From contig NW_027141511.1 in the NCBI RefSeq assembly GCF_036365525.1, positions 744,001-808,000 on the forward strand: a DNA stretch of 64,000 nucleotides. The letters run 5' to 3'. This stretch comes from Heterodontus francisci. Its lineage: Eukaryota. The notes below the pieces were generated by a model, which was not told the DNA's origin, searched no databases, and was given only the letters and a program-made list of their open reading frames with translations. Positions 26,154-36,527 of the stretch are shown in pieces. Both the position numbers and the translations under genes were made by a program. Position 1 is the stretch's first letter. Each line of letters opens with the position of its first letter.

Positions 26154-26634
26154 TATTATTGATGCATGCTTTGAAAAAGCCAATTAAATCTTGTGTAAAA
26201 AGTGATATACACTGAAGCATTGAAAAAGTCCAATAAATCATCCTAAAATGTAGTAGATTTTTTTAACAAGGTTTATCTGACTTTGATATAAATGACTTGT
26301 TAAACGAGATTTACCAGTGCTTTTAAATGTCTTCATGTTGAACTTTTTACAAGATTTATCGGATTGGTTTAAAAAGTCATCTACATTAAAATAATGAAAA
26401 GTCTGAAAAATCTGGTTTTTAATAATTACTGACATTAAAACAATGAAAATGTTTTTTTTCAATCCTTCTAAATTACTTCAACAGTCAGACCAACCTTCTG
26501 AAATAAATATCACTTATTTGAATCCATTTTTGTCTTTAAAAATTCCTTCAGGTATGGGCTTCCCCATTAAGTATTCACGAAATGAAAGGACGCCCCTTAC
26601 AACCTGGAAATATTGTTTAAAATTCCAATATAAC

Positions 26635-27209
26635 TGTTGGAGAAAATCCAGATTGTGCCCAATTGTTGAACAAATTCTCCGGACTCAGAAGTTGAGAATC
26701 AAACACTTTATTGCATCATATCATGGGGACCACACCTTACCTAAAGGCGGTCCAGTGCTACTCCCAAGAGCTACAGATCGCCGTGGACTTATATAGTATA
26801 AAAGAGGCAGAGCTATCAATTTCATAATTTGATAAACGCCCACAAGATTATCACAACACCGCCTACGTGACTGTGCACCATGCAGAGTCCGAGGTCAGTA
26901 GAGCGTTAGTTCCAGCATAACAAGCTATTGTTCCCTATTTAGCATACACACTCCAGGTACTATATTTGGCCGTTACTTCTGGCTAGGTTGCACAAACATG
27001 ATAAAAGCAGAAGAGTCAGCAACGAACAGTCTGCGTTCACTTCCCCAAAATCCATCATGAGCTCTGTCAATTCTTAAGCCAGTTGATTGTGGTCAGTTGC
27101 TCTGCCTACATTTCCTGACCATTGGTTAGGCTAGCTACAAGCTGCATCCTGTTTTTCTATTTCTACAAAGTTAAGTAATAATTAGCAAAGCTCAGAAAAT
27201 TCTCCAACA
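26635..27209 (-). mobile_element. Solo LTR (575 bp) of an LTR retroelement
   Basis: Ends TGTTGGAGAA...TTCTCCAACA (perfect 10-bp inverted termini, TG..CA) with 5-bp TSD ATAAC at 26630-26634 and 27210-27214. On the minus strand, CCAAT (27125-27121), TATATAA (26795-26789) and AATAAA (26712-26707) occur in U3-R order. Confidence 0.8.
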
Positions 27210-28030
27210 ATAACAATTAACTGTCATGTTGAAACCTGTGTATGAGGTATTACACCCAAGTTAACAATCGTATATTTGGAAATCACCTTGTGTATTGGTT
27301 ATCAAATTCAATTTTAAAATTTACAGTAACTTTATTCTACTGTGTATTGGTTATCAAACTTAATTTATTAAATCACTGTAACTTTATGCCCTGTGAATTG
27401 GTTATCAGCATCAAATTACCTCTTAATAATAACCAAACACCACCAGGCATTGGTTATTAAGTGGAGACAATAAACTATAACATTATTCCTTTATCTATGT
27501 GATATTATGTCAAAATAACAGTTAGTTGTAAATTTTTATCCAGTGCAGACGTTATCAAGACCAATTTAGCAATTAATAATTTCATGACTCAGTGCATTCG
27601 CTGTATGAAATTGAACATTAACTACAACTTTAATCACCTGTATATTGGTTAGCATTTTCCAATTCAGCAAATAACTGCAAAGTTGTGCGCAGTGTCCTGG
27701 TTATCAAACCCAATTTAGCAATTAACTGTAATGATAGTCCACTATGCATTGGAAAGGAAGCCTAATTTCACAATTAATTGGAACTTTATTCCCCTGTGCA
27801 TGGTTTTTGAGCTCGAATTAAGAATTGCATAGAATCTTATACGCCCTTGTACAATCAAGACCAATACAGCAATTAATTACAACTTCCAGTGCAGATACGA
27901 TGGGCTGAATCTGCGGATACGATGGGCTGAACCTTCTGCGCTGTAACAATACTGTGATTCGGTGATTATAACCTGTGGTCGTTTTCGTATCCAACTTAAC
28001 AGGTAATTGCAATCATTTTACCCTGATAAT
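27210..28030. repeat. Degenerate AT-rich minisatellite, period about 51 bp
   Basis: Recurrent core TG(T/A)ATTGGTTATCA at 27291, 27343 and 27394, with diverged copies further on. Approximate unit: CTGTGTATTGGTTATCAAACCCAATTTAGCAATTAACTGTAACTTTA. Confidence 0.7.
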
Positions 28031-28134
28031 TATCTTTCAACGTCTATTTAAACATTGTGGGGAGATGGAGTTGAGCGAGAAGATCAGCCATGATCTTATT
28101 GAACGGCGGCGCAGGCTTGAAGTGACAATTTATA

Positions 28135-28460
28135 ATCGTTCTTGCGACGAGCACGTCACTGGTGAGGCCCGGTTTTATTGCACATGCCGAATTGTCCTTG
28201 AGAACATTGTGGTGAGCCACCTTCTTAAACTGCTGCATTCCATATGGGGTAGGCATTGCCAGAGTGCTGTGGGGAAGGGAGTTCCAGGATTTTGACCCAG
28301 CGACAGTGAAGTCATGGTGCTCTGGTTCCAGTCAGGATGGTGTGTGACTTTAAAGTGAACTTGCATGTGGTGATGTTCCCATGTGCCTGCTGCCCGTGTC
28401 CTTCTAGGAAGTAGAGATCGTGGGTTTTGAAGGTGCTGTATAGGGAGCCTTGGTGAGTTG
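28135..28460 (-). mobile_element. 3' fragment of the tRNA-headed LINE family
   Basis: Matches 150-450 (GGGAGTTCCAGGATTTTGACCCAGCGAC...; LPRRTRAAGTWEHHH). Confidence 0.8.
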
Positions 28461-28669
28461 ATGATGAAATACACACCTACAGACTGCAGCAACCAAGAAA
28501 TGTGCAATTACGGTCTCCAACATTCATCTCATACCAGTTGCCCAAAATCAGCAGAGGCGATTGTATCTCCAGAGCAGATCAAATGCTCAGCGCCCAGTAT
28601 TCTCATGTGGAGACCATCAAAACAACATGACTGCGAAAAATGTAACTGTTTCAGTAAGATGCTTAGTGA

Positions 28670-28772
28670 CACAAAACGAGAACATGCTGGAAATACTCAG
28701 CAAGTCAGACAGCATCCGTGTAGAAGCAATGAGGATAAGCTTTTCAGAACGATGGCCTTTCATCAGAACCGT
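28670..28772 (-). mobile_element. Degenerate Penelope-like terminal fragment
   Basis: ATGCTGGAAATACTCAGCAAGTCAGACAGCATC...; the minus strand reads GTTCTGATGAAAGGCCATCGTTCTGAAA. Confidence 0.6.
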
Positions 28773-29534
28773 CAGTTGTTAATGGTTCAGTTTAAGTCGT
28801 CAATATTGCTACCGTGATGCTTACATTACATTAGGTCCAAATGTTAGTCAAAAGATCAAAGCTAGCTTATCATTAAGAAGGAATGAGCTACTTTCGAGGA
28901 TGGATGCTGACTGCAGGGACAAACTGCAGCGAGCTTTCTTCTGATTGGTTTCCTGAACAGAATAAATAAGACCCAGATGCAATGTTCATGATGCATTTAC
29001 ACTGTTTGTACATACAGCGACTAGAGGGATTTCACAAGAATAGATAGGCATTTGTGAGTGTACAAACACGTACGTTTTGCAACCAGTTCAGCAGAAACAT
29101 CCAAATCCTGAGCAAACAATAACAACACATCAGCTTAGATTTAAATCTCTGCCCTGTATTTTATTGAATTCCGATCAATTTCAAGCCACCTGGCATTTCG
29201 TGATAAAACCAGTTGAAAAAAGCGCGGAAGAGCCTGAACCAGTATAAAACATCCTGCCCTATGTTTCGTTCTGTTGAATAAAATTAATTCATCAACTAAA
29301 GACTAACTCCGTTTAATTATTTTCCAATATCCTATACTTTTATCCGCAATTGGAAGAAATGTTTCGGGCTTGAGCCCACGTTAATTTAATTCCTCGTAAT
29401 TCCAGTTGAATGGTTGAGAAGTGCAATATATTCAAGATTTCACCACATTGATCAGTTTGGCGGGACTTGCTCTTTCAATCAATTTTATTTTTTCAGCTGT
29501 ATTTAATACAAAAACTTCAAGCTTACTTGGTACG

Positions 29535-32500
29535 TTTTTTACTTCGTTCCTGGGATGTGAGCGTCGCTGGGAAGGCAAAAGTATTTATTTCCCATCCCTA
29601 ATTGTCCTTGACAAGGTGGTGGTGAACGGCCTTCTTCAAACGCTGTAGTAAATGTGATGTAGGTACACCCACAGTGCTGTTAGCAAGGATTTTGACCCAG
29701 TGATGGTCATGAACGACGATTTCGTTCTCCGTCAGGATAGTATGCGAATTGGAGGAGGACATGCAGGTGGTGGTGTGTCCATGTGACTGCTGTCCTTGTC
29801 CTTCTAGATGGTTGAGGTCGCGTGTTTGGAAGGTGCTGTCTGAGGAATCTTGGTGAGTTGCTGCAGTGCATCTTGTCGATGTTCTACACTGCTGCCAGTG
29901 TTCATCGGTGGTGGAGGGAGTGAATGTTGATGGTGGTGGATGGGGTGACATTCAAGCATGCTCCTTTCTCCTTGTTGGTGTCAACTTTTTGCAGTGTTGT
30001 TGGAGCTGCACCAATCCAGACAAGTGGAGAGTATTCCATCAAACTCCTGACTTGTGCCTTGCAAATGGTGGACAAGCTGTGGGAGCCAGGCTGTGAGTTA
30101 CTCACCACATGATTCCCAATCGCTGAGCAGCTTTTGTATTCACAATATTTCTATGGCTGGTCCAGTTAAGTTTCTGGTTAATAGTAACCCCAAGGATGTT
30201 GACGGTGGGGGATTCAGCGATGGTAACGCCATTGAAAGTTAAGGAGCGATGGTTAACAATGAACAAAGAACAAAGAACAGTACAGCACAGGAACAGGCCA
30301 TTCGGCCCTCCAAGCCTGCGCAGATCTTGATGCCTGCCTAAACTAACAACTTGTGCACTTCCAGGGCCCATATCCCTCTATTCCCTTCCTATTCATATAT
30401 TTGTCAAGATGTCTCTTAAACGTCGCTATCGTATCTGCTTCCACCACCTCCCCTGGCAGCAAGTACCAGACACTCAACACCCTCTGTGTAAAAAACTTGC
30501 CTCGCACATCCCCTCTAAACTTTGCCCCTCGCACCTTAAACCTATGTTCCCTCGTAACTGACTCTTCCACCCTGGGAAAAAGCTTCTGACTATCCACTCT
30601 GTCCATGCTGCTCATAACTTTGTAAACCTCTACCATGTCGCCCCTCCACCTCCGTCGTTCCAGTGAAAACAATCCGAGATTTTCCAACCTCTCCTCATAG
30701 CTAATGCCCTCCAGACCAGGCAGCATCCTGGTAAACATCCTCTCTACCCTCTCCAAAGCCTCCAATTCCTTCTGGTAGTGTGGCGACCAGAATTGCATGA
30801 AATATTCGAAGTGTGGCCTAACTAATTGATTCTCCCTTGTTGGAAATGGCCATTACCTGGCACTTGTGATGTGTGAATGTTATTGCCACATATCATCCCA
30901 AGCTTCAATGTTGTCCAGGTCCTTCAGTATCTGAGGAGTAACGAATGTTGCTGAACATTGTACAATCATCAGCGAACATCCCCATTTCTGACCTTATGAT
31001 TGAAGGAAAGTTATTGATGAAGCAGTTGGAAATGGTTAGGCTGAGGGCACTACCCTGCGAAACTCCTGCAGTGATATCCTGCGACTAAGATGATTGGCCC
31101 CCAACAACCACAATCATCTTTCTTTGCATGACCTATGCCTCCAACCAGTGGAGTCATCCACCCATCCAACTCCCCAATTCCCATTAACTTCAATTTTGCT
31201 CAAGCTCCTTGAGGCCACATTCAAGGAAATGCTGCCTTGATGTCAAGGACAGTCACGCTCAGTGCACCTCTTAAATTCAGCTCTTCTGTTCATGTTTGGA
31301 GCAATCCTGTAACGTTGTATGGAGCTGAGTGACCCTGGCTTAACCAAACTGAGCACACGTGAGCCGGTTATTGCTGTTTAAGTGCCGGCAGGCAGCACTT
31401 TTGACGACACCTTCAATCACTTTGCTGGTGATTGTAAGTAGACTGATGGGGCTGTAATTGACCGGAGTGAATTTGTCCTGCTTTTATAGGCAGGACATAC
31501 TTGGGCAATTTTCCACACTATCGTGTCATGCCATTGTTGTAACTGTACTGGGATAGCTTGGCTAGGGACTCAGGTAGTTCTGCAGCATACATTTTCCATA
31601 CTACAATCGGGATGTGGTCAGGGCCCACAGCCTTTGCAGTATTCAGTGCCTCCAGTCGTTTCTTGATATCACGTGGAGTGAATCGACTTGGGTGACGACT
31701 GGCATTTGTGATGCTGGGAACTTCAGGAAGAGGCCGAGGTACACTTGACGCTTCTGGCTGCTGATGGTTGCAAATGTATCAGTGTTGCCTTTTGCACTGG
31801 CGTGCTGGGCCTCTCCACCGTTCAGGATGGGGGTGTTTGTGATGTCTCATCCTCCCTTTAGTTGTGAATATGTCCACCACAATTCATGAATGGATGTGGC
31901 AGGACTGCAGAGCTTTAATCTGTTGGTTGTGGGATCGCTTAGCCCTGTCTATCACATGTTACTTCGTAGCTTCACCAGTTTGGCAACTCATTCTTAGGTA
32001 TGCCCGGTCCTGCTCCTGGCATTCCCTCTTGCACTCTTCATTGAACCAGTGTTGGTCCACCGGTTAGATGGTAATGATGGGCCATAAGGTTGTAGATTGT
32101 GGTGGAATACAATTCTGCTGCTGATGGCCCACGGCACATTGTGGATACTCAGTTTTGAGGTACCTGATCTGTTCTGAATCTATCCAATTTAGCACAGTGG
32201 TAGTGACACGCAACAAGATGGAGGGTATCCGCAATGTGAAGACTGGACTTCTCCTCCACAAGGACTGTGCAGTTGTCACTCCTACTAATACTGTCATGGA
32301 CAGATGCATCTGCCGCAGGTAGATTGGTGAGGGCGAAGTCAAGTAGTTCTTTCCCTCTTCTTGATGTTCTCATCACCTTCCGCAGACCAGTCAAGCAGAT
32401 ACAGCCTTCAGGACTCGGCGTTACTGAGTCACTTTGATCATGGGCTTCGAAGTTCCCCAAGCAGGTACATTCTGTGCCCTTACTACAGTCAGTGCTTCTT

Positions 32501-33335
32501 CAAAGTGATGTTCCACCTGGAGGAGTACTAATTCATCAGTCAGGGCGGGCGAGGGGGTGGCGGGGAGTGGGAGGGGCGGGTTGGGCGAGTGGTGGCGGTG
32601 GGTGGTAGGTGCAAATCAGCTGGAGGTTTCCTTGTCCATGTTTAGCTTGAAACGATGAGTCGTCATGAAATCCAGAGACCATGTTGAGAACTCACAACTG
32701 CCTCCCAACTTTGGTGGATCTGTCATGCTGCTGGGACAAAACATTCTCAGGGAAGATGATGGTGGTATCTTGGAGATTGCCTGTAAGGTATGATTCAGAG
32801 AGCGTGATTATGTTCGGAGGTTGATCGACTAATCCGTGTCACAGCTCTCCCAAGTTTGGCACAAGTCACCAGATGTAAATAAGAAGGACTTTGCAGTGTC
32901 GACTGGGCAGGGAGCGGATTTGTCATTTCCAGTGTTTAGGTCGATGCCAGGTGGTCCGTCCGTTTTTATTCTGCTTCGACTTTTCTGTAACGATTTGGTA
33001 CAGCTGAGTGGCTTGCTAGGCCATTTCAGAAGGCAGGTAAGAGTCAACCAGATTACTGTGGGTCTGGTGTCACATGTAGGCCAGAGCTGTTCAGGACGCC
33101 ATATATTCTTCCCAAAAGGACATTCGTGAACTAGAAGGGTTCCTATGACAATCCATTAGTTTTCTGGTCACTATTACTCAGGCGAGTTTTATTTTGATTA
33201 CATTCTTTATTAGTTCATTCAATTCAAATTCCACCAGCTACAGTGTTGGAATTTGAACTCGTTTTTCCGCATCTTACGTCCGAGTCTCTGGATTATAAGG
33301 TCATTGACATTACCATGAAGTCACTTGTCTCTCAC
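29535..33335 (-). mobile_element. Full-length tRNA-headed single-ORF LINE, copy C (older), with a nested CR1
   Basis: Collinear with copy A from the 3' tail (29540-29610) through RT and endonuclease (LLDFALTNLP, 32149-32460) to the 5' UTR and a degenerate tRNA head (33240-33335, B box GAGTTCAAATT). Confidence 0.87.
30256..30825 (-). mobile_element. CR1 (HER1-like) 3' fragment nested in LINE copy C
   Basis: Highly similar to 9890-10445. ORF MQFWSPHYQKELEALERVER; GAACAAA-repeat tail. The host LINE sequence resumes at 30826. Confidence 0.9.
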
Positions 33336-33624
33336 ATACCCGACCTCATACCAAAATTTTGAAAAATTGATAAAATGTTGGCTAACTTTAGAACAAGAAA
33401 ACAGAGTGTTTTTGAGTGTGAATGTAAAGAGTTAACTCAATTAGAAAAAAAACCTGTTATACTACAGGGTCGATCTCTGACGTGAACAATGCATATTGCA
33501 AGACTAATTAACGAAGGTGTGATCATCAACCATGTACAGATTGCAGAACCTAAACTAAGTGCAGTTTCGATTCTCTAAGATACAGCTCGTATGAGCTGCC
33601 AGAAAGCTAAATATGCGTGGAATG

Positions 33625-33653
33625 TGAGTCAGAGGCATCCACACGCGTGGGCG
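33625..33653 (+). promoter_or_regulatory. AP-1 + EGR motif module, copy 1, upstream of the decayed leader exon
   Basis: TGAGTCA (33625-33631), 13-nt spacer, GCGTGGGCG (33645-33653). Function is inferred. Confidence 0.5.
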
Positions 33654-34171
33654 ATGCTGCTCTGTCTCAGATTCCGTGCAGTGGTAATACAACTGATAGC
33701 ACCATTCTTTACTGGGCATTTGCAGCGTGGAGCTGGAGTGATGTTATCAAGATGTCCAAGCAATTGAATTGCTACAGGCTGGTGGGATTACTATCGATAG
33801 GCATCATGGTCGGCATGGATGTGCTGGGCCGAATGGCCTGTTTCTATGCAGACTCTATGACTCTATAAGTAGGCAACCATATGAAAAGGTTTTCACAAAA
33901 AGGGAAAAAAAGTGTAAAATATAATCACCTGCAGTGAACTCCTGAAGGACAGGCCCCAACATCAGGGCCTCTGGCTGATCTGTGCATGCAGTACATTCAG
34001 AAGTTGCAGTCAGTTTCAGAGGAGTAATGATGGGACAGTTCACTGTTTAACATTCCACCCCCACCCTTCCCTCACAAAATCCGAGCCAGTAAAGTAATTC
34101 AAGATGTGACTGCCCAGAAAATGCAGAAAGCAGAATGGCCTTAATTATGAAGTGGTTCATCATTTTGATAG

Positions 34172-34237
34172 TGAATTTGGCAGCAGTGTCCAGCCACATG
34201 GAGTTGCATGTTTGTTTCTCTCAGCACACTGACAGGA
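34172..34237 (+). pseudogene. Decayed duplicate of the Siglec-like leader exon
   Basis: TTTTGATAG|TGAATTTGGCAGCAGTGTCCAGCCACATGGAGTTGCATGTTTGTTTCTCTC...ACAGGA|GTAAGC aligns to 38482-38560. The start codon ATG is changed to ACA and one nucleotide is lost before the donor. Flanking intron sequence is also homologous. Confidence 0.75.
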
Positions 34238-34336
34238 GTAAGCCAGCTATGCTTTTTACAATCTTTGCAACAGTGGGAGTGGGGGGAAACAGGAAGTACC
34301 GAATATAAATGATTTGATTATTGATTTTTAAGCTAA

Positions 34337-35422
34337 TGGGAGGCAGTGGCGGAGTGGTCATGTCACTAAACTAGTAATCTAGATGCCTAGGCTAATGCTC
34401 TGCGGACGGCGCCAGGGCAGATGGTGAAATTTAATTTTTGTTAATAAATCTGGAATTAAAAGCTGGTGCAATGATGGCCATGAAACCATTGTCGATTGTT
34501 GTGAAAGTCTATCTGGGTCACTAATGTCATTTAGAGAAGAAAATTTGCATTCCTTATCTGGTCTGGCCGACATGTGACTCCAGACCCACAGCCATGTGGT
34601 TGACCCTTAACTGCCCTCTGAAATGGCCTAGCTAGCCACTCAGGTGCATTAAACTGCTGCAAAGTGTAACAAAAGGAATGAAACAAGATGGACTATTCAG
34701 CATCAACCCCGGCACCAGCAGGACAGGCCCATCGGCGGTGGCAACACAGTGGTATACAATAGGGAAAGAGTGACTCTGGGACACCATGAAGTTTCATGAC
34801 ATCAGGTGTAACATGGGAAATGAAGCCTCCTGCTGATCACCACCCACCACTTCCGCCCTCTGACCCCATGAATCAGTGCTTCTCCATGTTGAATACCGAC
34901 TAGAAGGAGCATTGAGTGTGGCAAGGGCACAGAATGTTCTCTACGTGGGGGACCTTCATGTCCATCACCAATAGTGGCTCGGTAGCACCACTACTAACCG
35001 AGCTGGCCAGTCCTAAAGGCCATAGATGCTAGATAGGGTCTTTGGCAGGTGGTAAGGGAACCAATAAGAAGGAAAAACCTACTTGACCTCATCCTCACCA
35101 ATCTGTCACAGATGCATCTGTCCCTGACACTATTGGTAGGAGTGAGCACTGCACAATCCTTGTGGAGATGAAGTCTTGTCTTCACATTGAGGATATTTCC
35201 ATCGTGTTGTGTGGCACCACTATTGTGTTAAATGGGATAGATTTCAATCACATCCAGTAACTTAAAATGGGGCATCCATGATGCGCTATGGGCCATCAGC
35301 AGCAGCAGAACTGTACTCAACCACAATCTGTGATCTCATGGCCCAGCATATCTCTCATTCTACCATTACCATCAAGCCAGGGGACCAACTCTGGTTCAAT
35401 GAATAGTGCAGGAGGGCATGCA
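34337..35422 (+). mobile_element. 5' part of the tRNA-headed LINE, copy D (3'-truncated)
   Basis: Head GGGAGGCAGTGGCGGAGTGGTCATGTCACT, then the family 5' UTR and endonuclease-coding sequence with internal deletions. Confidence 0.85.
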
Positions 35423-35940
35423 GCAATTGACTCATAACAGAAATGAGGGGTCCTCCTGGTTAATAAATGGGGTCATGTTATTGGTAATTTGTTTAGTTTA
35501 GACCAATTCCTATGACGCCACCATCGGCTTAAAGCTTTGGATGATAATTAACCTTCCCATTTATGAGTGGCTGAACCGTGACTTTTCATGCTGCCGTCAC
35601 AGAGGCAGTAATGTTATTCACGCTGGGATTCACCTTAACATTTCAGTGTTTCAGAAGTTTTCATTTGAGGTACAGTTGAAGAAAATGATGGAATTCAGCA
35701 GGGGAAAGTAGATGAGCCAGTGGCGTTGCCATGCCAACATTATTTATTCACCTGCCCTTGTGCATTGATGAAATTATTCCACAGGAATCTCCATTGTTTC
35801 GTACAGACAGAATGCCAACGTTCATTTAAGATAACATCAATGCTGTAAATCTATACTATCCTACGTTATGTGTGATTCTCCCAATTTTACGCTGCCCACT
35901 TGTTCAATATCGATTTAAACAGATTAGATGAGTTTATTTG

Positions 35941-36078
35941 AGTTCTGATGAATGTTCGCTGAACTGAAACGTTAACTCTGCTTCTCTCTGCACAGATGCT
36001 GCCAGACCTGCTGATTACTTCCAGCACTTTTTGTTGTTATTTCACATTCCCAGCATCTTCAGTATTTTGCTTTTATAT
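35941..36078 (+). mobile_element. Penelope-like terminal fragment with the best-preserved minimal hammerhead ribozyme core
   Basis: AGTT-CTGATGA-AT-GTTC-GCT-GAAC-T-GAAACGTT-AACT (35941-35977), followed by the family body CAGATGCTGCCAGACCTGCTGA...GTATTTTGCTTTT. Confidence 0.72.
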
Positions 36079-36163
36079 TAGACTAGTTTTTTGACAGCAT
36101 CAGTGATGACAATGTTTAGTGTAGACAGTGTGCATATATTGGAGAGATTTGGTGTGAGTCATG

Positions 36164-36527
36164 AGGGGAGACGGTGGCATAGTGCTAATGTCACTGAGCT
36201 AGTAATCCCGAGATCTGAACGAATGTTGTTGACATGGGTTCAAAACACTACAGCTGGCAGAATATAAATGTAATTAATAAGTTCAAATAATCGATATGGA
36301 ATTGAAAGCTAGTCTCACTAATTATGCCATGAAACTATCACCGTTTGTTGTACAAACCCATCTGGTTCACTAATGTCCTTGATGGAAGGACATCTGCAAT
36401 GTGCTTGGTCCTTAACTGGCCTCTGAAATGGCCTAGCAAGTCAAACAGTTCTCAAGGGTAATTGGGAATGGGCAACAAATGCTGACCCTGTCAGCGAAGC
36501 CCACATCGCATGAAATAATTTGAAAAA
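36164..36527 (+). mobile_element. tRNA-derived SINE: LINE head and 5' UTR joined directly to the LINE 3' tail
   Basis: A box TGGCATAGTG and B box GGTTCAAAA. The shared 5' UTR runs to ...GGCCTAGCAAGTCAAACAGTT, then CTCAAGGGTAATTGGGAATGGGCAACAAATGCTG...CCCACATC (LINE 3' end). Confidence 0.85.

Noticed and set aside
27210-28030. CRISPR-like repeat-spacer array
   Set aside because: Eukaryotic context, no cas genes, and whole units are homologous and degenerate rather than identical repeats with unique spacers.
35495-35745. Possible decayed Ig-domain exon of the ghost paralogue (VTF-C-like and QWRCHAN fragments)
   Set aside because: Needs several frameshifts and does not clearly align to any exon of the neighbouring gene; would need tBLASTn or HMM support.
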